Notes under the pieces: generated by a model
Told to the model about the DNA's origin: nothing
Databases searched by the model: none
The model's input: the letters and a program-made list of their open reading frames with translations, nothing else
Position numbers and translations under genes: made by a program
In this document: piece after piece, positions 49,592-58,786 of the stretch
Position numbering within the stretch: position 1 is the stretch's first letter
How the letters are laid out: every line of letters starts with the position of its first letter
Origin: Candidatus Omnitrophota bacterium
GTDB taxonomy: Bacteria; Omnitrophota; Gorgyraeia; Duberdicusellales; 4484-171
Reading direction: 5' to 3'
NCBI GenBank assembly: GCA_021735655.1
Contig: JAIPGM010000001.1
Span: 160,001-224,000, forward strand
Length of the DNA: 64,000 nucleotides

Positions 49592-50464
49592 ATGCTGACT
49601 TTTCCTAAATATCTTTCAATCCAAACTACTTCTCTATGCAATGCTTCTTGTGTATTTTGTCCCTATAAAGATATAAAAGATGTAAGGTTCAAGACAATAA
49701 TGGATAGAGGCCTTTATGAAAAAGTTATTAATGAATGCAGTAACCATAAAGATATTGAATGCATTATAGTTTACATGAATAACGAGCCCTTAACTGATCC
49801 TTGCATAGTTGAGAGAATAAATTATGCCAAAGATAAAGTTCCTTGGGCTAGTGTGCATATCTTGACCAATGGAGCCTTACTTAGCGATGACCTGGCTGAT
49901 AAACTTATTGATTCTCGTCTAGACTGGATCGGGGTAAGCTTTCATGGGATCAGAAAAGAAACTATAGAGCGGGCAATGGGCATTCCTTATGAGATCAGCT
50001 TGAAGAGAATAACCAATTTTATCGAAAAAGCAAAAGCGAAGAAAAATATAAAGAACTATTTTATGCTAACTTTTTTGCGCCATGTATATTTGACTCCTCA
50101 AGAGCGGGAAGAGGCTATTAGTTTTTGGAGAAAACTGGGGATAGAAAGAATAAGCTATTTTGACGGGCCCATATCTCGGGCCAGCAATGTAACTAATTTA
50201 CCAAAAGTCTACCATCAAGGCAAGATCAGTGGATGTAATTCTATCTGGGCTGATGAGATGCTTCATGTGGTAGAGGATGGTAAGGTTATTTTGTGCTGCA
50301 TGGATTGGCGAAGAGAAGTAATTTTAGGCGACCTAAACAAACAAAGCATCCATGAAATATGGAATGGCAAAAGAAGAAAGATTTGGGATATGATTCGTGG
50401 AACAGGAGAGGTTCCTGAAGGATTTTTGTGCCGCAGGTGCGAAGAGGCTAAGCAAGAGATTTAA
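49592..50464 (+). CDS. Radical SAM / SPASM-domain protein (single module, 290 aa)
   Basis: TTSLCNASCVFCPY (C-x3-C-x2-C, nt ~49631-49665). C-terminal CCMDW...GFLCRRCEE Cys cluster. Confidence 0.7.
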   Translation: MLTFPKYLSIQTTSLCNASCVFCPYKDIKDVRFKTIMDRGLYEKVINECSNHKDIECIIVYMNNEPLTDPCIVERINYAKDKVPWASVHILTNGALLSDDLADKLIDSRLDWIGVSFHGIRKETIERAMGIPYEISLKRITNFIEKAKAKKNIKNYFMLTFLRHVYLTPQEREEAISFWRKLGIERISYFDGPISRASNVTNLPKVYHQGKISGCNSIWADEMLHVVEDGKVILCCMDWRREVILGDLNKQSIHEIWNGKRRKIWDMIRGTGEVPEGFLCRRCEEAKQEI

Positions 50465-50467
50465 AGG

Positions 50468-52636
50468 ATGCTCATGAAAAATGAAAATTGCGAATTAATT
50501 TTTGTAATGACTCCGCCTTGGCAGACAAAGATGCCGCCTTTAGGCTTGGCCTATTTAGCCAGTTTTTTGAAGTCAAACAATATTAACGTAGATGTCATAG
50601 ATTTGAATGTGGATCTTTTTAATAATGCTCAAGAATGCCATAAATATTTTTGGGATATAGAAACAATAAGTAATTTTGGTTCGCTTCGGATTGCCCAAGA
50701 TTTTATTAAGGCATTCAATAAAGAACTTGAAAATTTTGTTGATCGAATCTGTAGTCATCCTGCAAAGTTGGTCGGTTTTTCTACTACGGTAGCTAGTATA
50801 AATATCGCCACCTACCTTACTCATCGGATAAAATCAAAAGATCCTTCGAAAATAATTATTTTAGGCGGGCCAGGATGTTTTTTGGATACTTGCAATATAG
50901 ATCCTGAAAGGGTGGTAGATATTTTTGTCATTGGCGACGGAGAGCTGCCTTTATTGGATATAGTTAAAAGATTTAAAGATAAACAGTCTTTGTCTGATTT
51001 GTTGGAGGTTCCTGGGACAATAATTTGTCTAGATAAGAAATATCATGACTTTTCACCGGCGAATCCTGTTAAGCAGATAAACGATATTCCTTTTCCTACT
51101 TTTTCGGAGTTCGAGCTGGATGAATACCATAAAGAACATGTTTACAAACCAATTCCAATTATTACCAGCAGAGGCTGTATAAATAAATGCAGTTTTTGCG
51201 TAGACCATAAGCTCAGTAATCCTTTTAGATTTCGAAATCCGCACAAAATATTTGAAGAGATAAAATACCATGTAGAAAATAATTGTAAAAAAGAGTTTGA
51301 GTATAACGATCTACTATGTAATGGAAATTTAAAGCAATTGGAGCAGCTTTGCGACCTGATCATTGAAAGCGGCCTGTCTATAAAATGGACAAGCTATGCG
51401 GCCATAAGGAAAGGTATGAGTTTAGAGTTATTTCAGAAGATGCAGAAGGCGGGATGCAGATTTTTATGTTATGGTATGGAGTCAGCTTCAGATTTAGTTT
51501 TAGATAAGATGAATAAAAGATATAATTCTCATACGGCAGAGGATGTTATTAGAAAAACCCATTCCTCAGGTATCGAGACAGGAATCAACATTATAGTTGG
51601 CCACCCCGGTGAGTCGAATAAAGAATTTAACCAAACTTATAGATTTATCAAAAGAAACAAAGACTACATTGATCAAATCACAAACCTGTCTACTTGTTTT
51701 TTAATACCGACTTCGGATTTAGCTGAGAATATGAGCAATTTCGGTATTTATTTTTATTCTCCTTTGAAAAGGATGCCAAAATTCTTATTTCGAAATAAAG
51801 AGCTTGAGCCTAATTATGAAAATTTCTGCGCCTATCCTCATAATACTCCTGCGATTAGAGCAAAACGAGCCAGAAAAATTATAACTCTTGCTTCAAAGAT
51901 AGCTATACCGATTACTATTTTGAACTATCAAAAGCAGCACGATATGGGTATGGGGGATTTTCTAGTCCAAACTCAAGAAGCGGAAAAAGTTTTTCGTTGT
52001 AAGAAGTTAAAGATAGACTTTAGTCAAAAAGGAAGCGGTAGGTTATATTATGACAATAAGGCCTTAACTAAAGACGTAGGCCTAAATGCTTCCTTTCATG
52101 CCAATGGGCGATGGTTTGATTCTTCTTCGGCAAAGTGTCGGGTAGCCAGATCCAACAGAGGCTTGGAAATAAGAATGAGTTGGCCGGAGATTTCTTTGTT
52201 TCAATGCTGGACGATAAAAACAGAAGGTGATTCTTCTGTCGAATGGCGGGTAAAAACAGAGTTTAAAAGGTCTTTGGAGCTATCTCAATATAAGATCGGC
52301 ATTATCTTGTCACAGGAATACGATAGTTGCCAAGTTAATGGTGAAGAACACCGATTCTCCGATAATTTTACCGAGAACTGGGAGGAAGCATTGTTTTTGA
52401 AGCTTGATTCGATAAGCATCGGCTCTAAGGGATTTTTACCGATGATGACCCTGAAGGAAGAATCCAAGGGTGGTGTGTTCGTGCAGGTCCATAATACCCC
52501 GCTTCACTTGCATACTCGAATGATTAATTTTTGCCGTTTTGGCGAGAACCTTAAAGATGACCACAGCACTGAATCTTTATTGATCAAAAAAGGTGATGTT
52601 TGGAAAAATAAGCTAAAAATAAAATTAAAGGTTTAA
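50468..52636 (+). CDS. B12-binding radical SAM enzyme with a C-terminal Wzt-C-like domain
   Basis: B12-domain start IFVMTPPWQTKMPPLGLAYLASFL. Radical-SAM cluster TSRGCINKCSFC (nt ~51171-51206). C-terminal domain (nt ~52001-52400) GRLYYDNKALTKDVGLNASFHANGRWFDSSSAKCRVA...ISLFQCWTIKTEGDSSVEWRVKTE matches the Wzt repeat pattern. Confidence 0.75.
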   Translation: MLMKNENCELIFVMTPPWQTKMPPLGLAYLASFLKSNNINVDVIDLNVDLFNNAQECHKYFWDIETISNFGSLRIAQDFIKAFNKELENFVDRICSHPAKLVGFSTTVASINIATYLTHRIKSKDPSKIIILGGPGCFLDTCNIDPERVVDIFVIGDGELPLLDIVKRFKDKQSLSDLLEVPGTIICLDKKYHDFSPANPVKQINDIPFPTFSEFELDEYHKEHVYKPIPIITSRGCINKCSFCVDHKLSNPFRFRNPHKIFEEIKYHVENNCKKEFEYNDLLCNGNLKQLEQLCDLIIESGLSIKWTSYAAIRKGMSLELFQKMQKAGCRFLCYGMESASDLVLDKMNKRYNSHTAEDVIRKTHSSGIETGINIIVGHPGESNKEFNQTYRFIKRNKDYIDQITNLSTCFLIPTSDLAENMSNFGIYFYSPLKRMPKFLFRNKELEPNYENFCAYPHNTPAIRAKRARKIITLASKIAIPITILNYQKQHDMGMGDFLVQTQEAEKVFRCKKLKIDFSQKGSGRLYYDNKALTKDVGLNASFHANGRWFDSSSAKCRVARSNRGLEIRMSWPEISLFQCWTIKTEGDSSVEWRVKTEFKRSLELSQYKIGIILSQEYDSCQVNGEEHRFSDNFTENWEEALFLKLDSISIGSKGFLPMMTLKEESKGGVFVQVHNTPLHLHTRMINFCRFGENLKDDHSTESLLIKKGDVWKNKLKIKLKV

Positions 52637-52646
52637 AAATTTACAT

Positions 52647-55600
52647 ATGAATCTAACAGATAAAATTTTATTAGTGGGTCTTGCTCCTTGGGGAGTAGAT
52701 ACGCCACCCCTAGCCTTAGCTTGTTTAAGTACCTCTTTGAGGAATGCAAATATTAGCACTGAAGTATTTGATATGAATATTGAGCTTTACAATGCCGTTA
52801 ATGAGCAAAGTAAATATTTGTGGAGTATGAATTATTCTCATTGGTGGCGAGAGCCAGAAAGATATTCTGATATTAGAAAGGAATTAGATGTTTACATAGA
52901 ACCTTTAATAAAGAAAATTTTAAGTTTTAAGCATAAGATAGTTGGCTTTTCACTTTCTACTAATTGCTCTGACCTTTTGTTGGAGGAGATAGTAAAAAGA
53001 ATAAAAACTAGCGATCCCGATAAGGTAATAATTCTAGGTGGTGTTTCAATTTCAATAAATGAGCAGAGAAATGATTTAATTAGGAAGTTAAGGACGCAGA
53101 TAGATTACTGTGTGATTGGAGAAGGAGAAGAGGTACTTGTCGAATTGGTAAAGAAAATAGCTAGCAATAAGCTAGAAGATATAGGTCGATTGCCAGGCAT
53201 AATTAAGAAGGGTGAGTTTGAAGGAGTTAAACAGAGGGCAGAGATCAAAGATTTTAATTCGCTGCCATTTCCTACATTTGAAGAATTCAATTTAAAAAAA
53301 TATAAAGCACCCGTGAGCTTACCTATGGAATTTTCTCGTGGCTGCGTAGGTAGTTGTCCTTTCTGCGATTTTAAAAGCGTTTCTTCTGCCTTTAAGTCAA
53401 AAGCACCTTATTATATTATAAGCCAGATAAAATTCTATAAAGAAAAATACAATATTATTCATATGAGCCTATCTGACCCAGCAGTAAATGGAGATATTAG
53501 GGTTCTTGAGCAAATATGTGATTTATTAATCGAAGCTAACCTTTCTGTAAATATAAATTCTCTGGCAATTCCCCGCAAGGAAATGACCTTAGAACTATTA
53601 GAGAGAATGAAGAAAGCAGGTTTTTATCGTTTGGAGTATGGTCTAGAGAGCGGTTCGAATAAGATTCTCAAAGCAATGAGGAAAATATTTACTGTCGAAA
53701 TTGCCGAGAAAGTTATCCGAGATACTTATCAAGCAGGGATAAAAACATATCTCTATTTAATTGTGGGTTATCCACAGGAGACAGAGGATGATCTCAATCA
53801 GACCAAAGATTTTTTGAATAGAAACCGTCAGTATATTTCCATGATAAAGTCTATCAACCCTCTTTATGTAATGGCCGGTTCAGAGATATTTTGCAATCCC
53901 GATAAATATCAAGTCACATTACCGGCTAAAGATAGTGACAAGAGATGGTTTATTGGTGATAAGAATACATATTCTTTGCGAAAAGCCCGGATATTTGAAC
54001 TTAAAAAAGTAGTTGCTAGTTTAAATATTCCCTTTACCGAAGAGGCGGAATCTTTAGAGTTTACTGGAAACTCTTTAAATAAACAACAAGGAATCGTTGT
54101 AGGTGGAGGCAATCCATACGATAAAGATGAGTCAACTACAGAAAATAAAATTATGTCTAGAGGATATGCAGAACAAAAAACAGATAAATATAGAGATAGT
54201 TTTTTATTAATTAATTTGCCCCCTTGGGGTCAAGAAAATCCTCATATCGGAGTAGGCTATGTGTGTAGCTATCTTCGTCATAAAGGCTTTAAGCCATCGG
54301 TCTTAGACTTGAATAAGAAATTTTATTTGAGTCAGCCAAATTTTCAAATGCTCTGGCATGTAGAAAATAAAAACTTTTGGTCAAATCAAGATTCTTTTCC
54401 TTTGATTTTAAAATTATTTAAGAAGGAAATAGATAAGGCAATAAATGATATTTTGTCTTCAGGTTGCAGCCTATTAGGTTTCTCGGTAGTTGACCCTAAA
54501 GAAAAAATAACTATAGAGTTCATTAGGAGAATAAAACGTAGGGATAAAAGTAAAAAGATAATTTTAGGTGGTCCGGCAACTTCTACTTATGAGCAGAGAA
54601 AGATATTTTTGGATAATGTTGAGGAAGAGATAGATACTTTTGTGATCGGCGAAGGCGAGCAAACTTTGTTTAAGGTAGTAGACCGAATTTTAAAGAAAAA
54701 AGAGCTTAAAGGTATCGAGGGTTGTTGCAGCCGGGATAATGGTAAGTGGGTTTGTCGAGAAAGCGGTGAGATTGTTTCTTTAGATAAGATTCCTTTCCCG
54801 ACCTATGAGGAATTTGATTTGAGTCTATACGGTAAATCTTTCCTTGTTGAATGGTCAAGAGGCTGTAGGAGTAAATGCGCTTTTTGCAAAAATTATCGGC
54901 TTTTTTCTTCTTATCGGTCAAAGTCAGCTGAATCGGTTATGAAGGAATTGAGATATCATAAGCAAAAGTATAATGTAGATGAATTCACTGTAGTCGATAA
55001 TATTTTGAATGGTGATCTAAATACCTTGAATGATATTTGCGACAGGATAATAAAGGAAAATCTTCAAATTAGATGGACTGGGCAAATTGCCCCCCGCAAA
55101 GATATGAATTTTGAATATTTCCAAAAAATGAAGCAGGCCGGATGTTTTAAACTTCAAATTGGCCTTGAGTCTGGTTCGAACAAGGTGTTAAAGTTAATGC
55201 ATAAGAGCTTTACGGCAGAGATTTCTGAAAAAAATATAATTTTTGCTAAGAAAGCAGGCATTGAGACAGAAATTTTTACAATGATTGGTTTTCCCGGGGA
55301 GGCTGAGAAAGATTTTCAAGAAACTTACGATTTTATAAAAAGAAATGCAAAATATCTGGATACCATAAAATCGATAAACACCTTACATCTAATAGCCGGA
55401 ACTGAAATCTATGAGCAGAGAGAGCGTTTTAAAATAAAGCCTTTACCTCAAGAAAACTGGCATTATTTATGGGAAACTTATGAGGGAAATACATACAAGG
55501 TACGGGAAGAAAGAGCTAAGCGTATTCTAGGGTTAGCTTGCGATCTTAAGATTAAAGTTATGGAGACTAATATTATAGAGGGAAAAGAGCAAAAAGTTTT

Positions 55601-55805
55601 GCTTGAAAATCTCGGCTTATTGGAAAAATCCCTGAATTCTTTGCAAGAGTTACCAGAAAAAGAAGAATTTAAGCTAAAAAGAAGAAATATTAATAAATGG
55701 TTAATCCTGATTTTTGTTTCTTTTTACACATTTTTTTATATTATTTATTTTTGGGTATTTATGATTTTTAGAAATAAAGTTCTCTTGGGGGGAAGAAAAA
55801 AGTGA
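52647..55805 (+). CDS. Double-module B12-binding radical SAM protein (two complete B12-rSAM units fused) with a C-terminal transmembrane helix
   Basis: Unit 1: LVGLAPWGVDTPPLALACL then SRGCVGSCPFC (nt ~53335-53370). Unit 2: LINLPPWGQENPHIGVGYV then SRGCRSKCAFC (nt ~54855-54893). C-terminal WLILIFVSFYTFFYIIYFWVFMIF. Confidence 0.8.
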   Translation: MNLTDKILLVGLAPWGVDTPPLALACLSTSLRNANISTEVFDMNIELYNAVNEQSKYLWSMNYSHWWREPERYSDIRKELDVYIEPLIKKILSFKHKIVGFSLSTNCSDLLLEEIVKRIKTSDPDKVIILGGVSISINEQRNDLIRKLRTQIDYCVIGEGEEVLVELVKKIASNKLEDIGRLPGIIKKGEFEGVKQRAEIKDFNSLPFPTFEEFNLKKYKAPVSLPMEFSRGCVGSCPFCDFKSVSSAFKSKAPYYIISQIKFYKEKYNIIHMSLSDPAVNGDIRVLEQICDLLIEANLSVNINSLAIPRKEMTLELLERMKKAGFYRLEYGLESGSNKILKAMRKIFTVEIAEKVIRDTYQAGIKTYLYLIVGYPQETEDDLNQTKDFLNRNRQYISMIKSINPLYVMAGSEIFCNPDKYQVTLPAKDSDKRWFIGDKNTYSLRKARIFELKKVVASLNIPFTEEAESLEFTGNSLNKQQGIVVGGGNPYDKDESTTENKIMSRGYAEQKTDKYRDSFLLINLPPWGQENPHIGVGYVCSYLRHKGFKPSVLDLNKKFYLSQPNFQMLWHVENKNFWSNQDSFPLILKLFKKEIDKAINDILSSGCSLLGFSVVDPKEKITIEFIRRIKRRDKSKKIILGGPATSTYEQRKIFLDNVEEEIDTFVIGEGEQTLFKVVDRILKKKELKGIEGCCSRDNGKWVCRESGEIVSLDKIPFPTYEEFDLSLYGKSFLVEWSRGCRSKCAFCKNYRLFSSYRSKSAESVMKELRYHKQKYNVDEFTVVDNILNGDLNTLNDICDRIIKENLQIRWTGQIAPRKDMNFEYFQKMKQAGCFKLQIGLESGSNKVLKLMHKSFTAEISEKNIIFAKKAGIETEIFTMIGFPGEAEKDFQETYDFIKRNAKYLDTIKSINTLHLIAGTEIYEQRERFKIKPLPQENWHYLWETYEGNTYKVREERAKRILGLACDLKIKVMETNIIEGKEQKVLLENLGLLEKSLNSLQELPEKEEFKLKRRNINKWLILIFVSFYTFFYIIYFWVFMIFRNKVLLGGRKK

Positions 55806-56962
55806 AAATACTAATGGTGCACCCCCATGATTTATTTGATCGGTCTGAACCTTGGACGATAAGAATTAAGAGTATAGCCAGAGAATTTGAGAAAAAGGAT
55901 CACAAGGTTAAATTGTGTTATTTCCCTTTAACTATAAATGAAAAACATTATCCTAAAAATATGGGATCTATAGAACTGATCCCCTTAGATCGAACACCTT
56001 CTCCGAAAGCTTTTATTATAAATATAATTAAACTTATAAAATTGTGTAAATGGGCGAATATCGTCCACTTGCAGAAATGTCATCATTACTCTTCAATCCC
56101 TACGGTAATTGCTGCCTATATTGCCGCTAAGCCTCTTCATTATGACTGGGATGATTGGGAGGAGAAAATTTGGTATGAATCCTGCGGTAGAGGTTTACAT
56201 TCCCGTTTCATCGGTTTTTCATTTAAAGTATTAGAGAGATGGCTTCCGGTTTTAGCTGATTCAACTTCTTGTGCTAGCAAGTGTTTGAGAAACTTAACTT
56301 ATAAGTTTGGAGTAAAAAAAGAATACATATTTGATACTCCGGTAGGAGCTGATCTAGATAAATTTAAGCCTAGCCTAAATGGTCAATGGGTTAAGAAAAA
56401 ATTCAATATTAGTTCAGATTTAGTTTTATATATTGGTCAGTTACACGGAGCCCAATACGTAGATATATTTATAAAAGCGGCCAATATCCTTTCTTCTGAG
56501 CGGCCGGATGTCAAATTTATGATTGTTGGTGAAGGTTTTTCGGAACATTCATTGAAACAGCTTACTTATGATTTAGGCTTAAAAGATAAAGTTATTTTTA
56601 CCGGGAGCATACCTTATGGTGATATTCCCGATTATGTTAATGCTGCATCAGTATGCGTGGCACCCTTTAAAGATACTGAGGTAACTCGTTGCAAGAGTCC
56701 TTTAAAAATTGCAGAGTATTTAGCCAGCGGTAAACCAATAGTGGCAAGTTTAGTAGGTGAAGTAAGAAATATGATCGGCGGCTGTGGAGTTTTAGTCAAG
56801 CCGGGGGATCATCATTCTTTAGCTGAAGGAATTCTGCGCCTAGTTGAAGATAAAGAATTAAGAGGTAAATTATCTAAGCATGCACGTAAGCGGGCTGAGA
56901 GAAAGTATAACTGGACCAACACGGCAGATTCCTTAATTTGCGCCTACAAAAAGATACTGTAA
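55802..56962 (+). CDS. GT4-family glycosyltransferase
   Basis: 386 aa. GT-B C-terminal half with VVASLVGEVRNMIGGCGVLVKPGD. 4-nt overlap with the upstream gene. Confidence 0.75.
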   Translation: MKILMVHPHDLFDRSEPWTIRIKSIAREFEKKDHKVKLCYFPLTINEKHYPKNMGSIELIPLDRTPSPKAFIINIIKLIKLCKWANIVHLQKCHHYSSIPTVIAAYIAAKPLHYDWDDWEEKIWYESCGRGLHSRFIGFSFKVLERWLPVLADSTSCASKCLRNLTYKFGVKKEYIFDTPVGADLDKFKPSLNGQWVKKKFNISSDLVLYIGQLHGAQYVDIFIKAANILSSERPDVKFMIVGEGFSEHSLKQLTYDLGLKDKVIFTGSIPYGDIPDYVNAASVCVAPFKDTEVTRCKSPLKIAEYLASGKPIVASLVGEVRNMIGGCGVLVKPGDHHSLAEGILRLVEDKELRGKLSKHARKRAERKYNWTNTADSLICAYKKIL

Positions 56963-58062
56963 TGAAGTTTGTATTTATAACTCGAGAAGGCCTTGAGAAT
57001 CCGGGAGCCAGAACCCGTTGTTATAGTTTATCGGCTAAACTAAGGCAAAAAGGACTAAGGGCTGATGTTTTTTCTTTTTCCGATAGGTTGGGTGCTAAAT
57101 CAGGAAAAGATGAAATTGATTTTACTTTTTTTGAGAAGTTTAAGCATATTTATAAGGGATTTAAGTTACTCTCAAAAGAAAAAGATAAGCCGATCTTTAT
57201 CGTAAATCGCTTTAATTATCATACAATTCCGGCATGGCTAGTTTCTAAGCTTAAAAAGATACCTTTGGTGTTTGATATGGATGATTGGGAGGCAAGAGAA
57301 GATATAGGGTATTATTTTGGACTATTCCCTAAGTCAAAAGCCGAATACCTTGCTGGTTTATTTGCAAAGAACAGCATGTTTTGTATTGCGGCTAGTAATT
57401 ATTTAAGAGATTATCTTTTGCAGTTTAACAAGAAGGTTTATTATCTGCCCACCGGAGTAGATACTGATAAATTTAAGTCCCTTGGTCGTAAAGACAAGAA
57501 AGATTTTATTTTTTCATGGCATGGTTCGGTGAATAGGATAGAGGTTTTAAAATATATAAAATTTATCATTGATTGCTTTTTGGCTATTCGTAAAAAATAT
57601 CCTTTTATTAAGCTGGTTATTGCCGGAGACGGTATTTTCGGAAATGAATTGCGAAAATTAGTCAAAGCTTCGAGTTCTAACAGTATAATATATGCTGGGT
57701 GGATTAATTATCGGAGTATTCCCAGTCATCTAGATAGTATTGATGTTGGATTGGTACCGCTTTTGGATAAGACCCGGTTTAATTTATCAAAAAGCCCGGT
57801 TAAATTATTTGAATATATGGCTATGGCCAAGCCAACCATCTCTAGTAATATCGGAGAAGCAGCCAGTATTATTGATAATGGCGAGAATGGATTTTTAGCT
57901 GGAACCGAGGAAGAATTTTTAGAAAGGATGGAAGCTCTGATTAAAGATAAAGATTTGGGTAAAAAGATAGGGGATAATGCTCGTAAAACAGTAGAGAAGC
58001 AATACTCTTTAGATGTCGTTAGTGAATCAGCCTATGAAATATTGGCTGGTATCAATGCTTAG
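56938..58062 (+). CDS. GT4-family glycosyltransferase
   Basis: 374 aa. FEYMAMAKPTISSNIGEAASII (E-x7-E region) and NGENGFLA. Confidence 0.75.
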   Translation: MRLQKDTVMKFVFITREGLENPGARTRCYSLSAKLRQKGLRADVFSFSDRLGAKSGKDEIDFTFFEKFKHIYKGFKLLSKEKDKPIFIVNRFNYHTIPAWLVSKLKKIPLVFDMDDWEAREDIGYYFGLFPKSKAEYLAGLFAKNSMFCIAASNYLRDYLLQFNKKVYYLPTGVDTDKFKSLGRKDKKDFIFSWHGSVNRIEVLKYIKFIIDCFLAIRKKYPFIKLVIAGDGIFGNELRKLVKASSSNSIIYAGWINYRSIPSHLDSIDVGLVPLLDKTRFNLSKSPVKLFEYMAMAKPTISSNIGEAASIIDNGENGFLAGTEEEFLERMEALIKDKDLGKKIGDNARKTVEKQYSLDVVSESAYEILAGINA

Positions 58063-58107
58063 AATTTTCACAGTTGCTATAACTTAAGGAATAAAGGAGA
58101 ATTTGAT

Positions 58108-58785
58108 TTGGGTTATCTTGTTGAGACGCATCAACTAACTAAAATATTTAAGCCACACAAAGGCATTGGTGAGAAGCTTAGAGGCTCAGCAGCTCGAACC
58201 GAGGTAAAGGCTGTAGATAGAGTTAGTTTTTCTTTAGAAGCAGGTTCCACCATGGCTATTATGGGTCCTAATGCTGCCGGAAAAACAACTCTTTTAAAAC
58301 TAATCGCTTCTTTAATTATTCCAACCAGTGGTCGGATTTCGGTTAAAGGTACAATTGGTTTGGTTACCGGGGAAGAGAGGAGTTTTTACTGGCGCTTGAG
58401 CGGTCAGCAGAATTTAGAGTTTTTTGCTGCTTTGTACGGTTTGGGAAAATCCGAAGCCAAGAGGCGAATCCAGCAGTTGGTTGAATTGCTGGGCATCGAG
58501 GATATGAGTGATGTTCTGGTTCAAGAGTATTCCTCGGGATACAAACAGAGGCTGGCTATTGCTAGAGGATTATTGCATGATCCGGATATCTTGCTTTTAG
58601 ATGAACCCACTAAAAATTTGGATTCTTCTCACGCTGAACATTTAAGAATTTTTATAAGAGAAAACTTAGGTAAAGAAAGCAAAAAGACAGTTATTTTTAC
58701 TAGTCATAACTTAGAGGAAGCTTCGTTTTTAGCGAATAAATTAGCAGTAATGGATAAGGGTTGCCTAAGGCAACAGGATAGTTGA
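58108..58785 (+). CDS. ABC transporter ATP-binding protein (second ABC-2-type exporter ATPase)
   Basis: Walker A GPNAAGKTTLLKLIAS, signature YSSGYKQRLAIARGL, Walker B LLLDEPTKNLD. RBS AAGGAG at 58095-58100. TTG start. Confidence 0.8.
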   Translation: MGYLVETHQLTKIFKPHKGIGEKLRGSAARTEVKAVDRVSFSLEAGSTMAIMGPNAAGKTTLLKLIASLIIPTSGRISVKGTIGLVTGEERSFYWRLSGQQNLEFFAALYGLGKSEAKRRIQQLVELLGIEDMSDVLVQEYSSGYKQRLAIARGLLHDPDILLLDEPTKNLDSSHAEHLRIFIRENLGKESKKTVIFTSHNLEEASFLANKLAVMDKGCLRQQDS

Positions 58786-58786
58786 T

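Noticed and set aside
37495-54921. Antisense small ORFs inside the exporter, radical-SAM and GT genes (for example 40329-40844, 47634-48041, 53105-53290)
   Set aside because: They are embedded antisense in genes with clear family motifs. Their AT-rich translations are poly-Lys/Asn/Phe junk.
42524-55805. A RiPP precursor-peptide gene for the radical-SAM enzymes
   Set aside because: All + strand sequence in this interval is occupied by the large genes with overlaps or gaps under 30 bp. There is no free short ORF.
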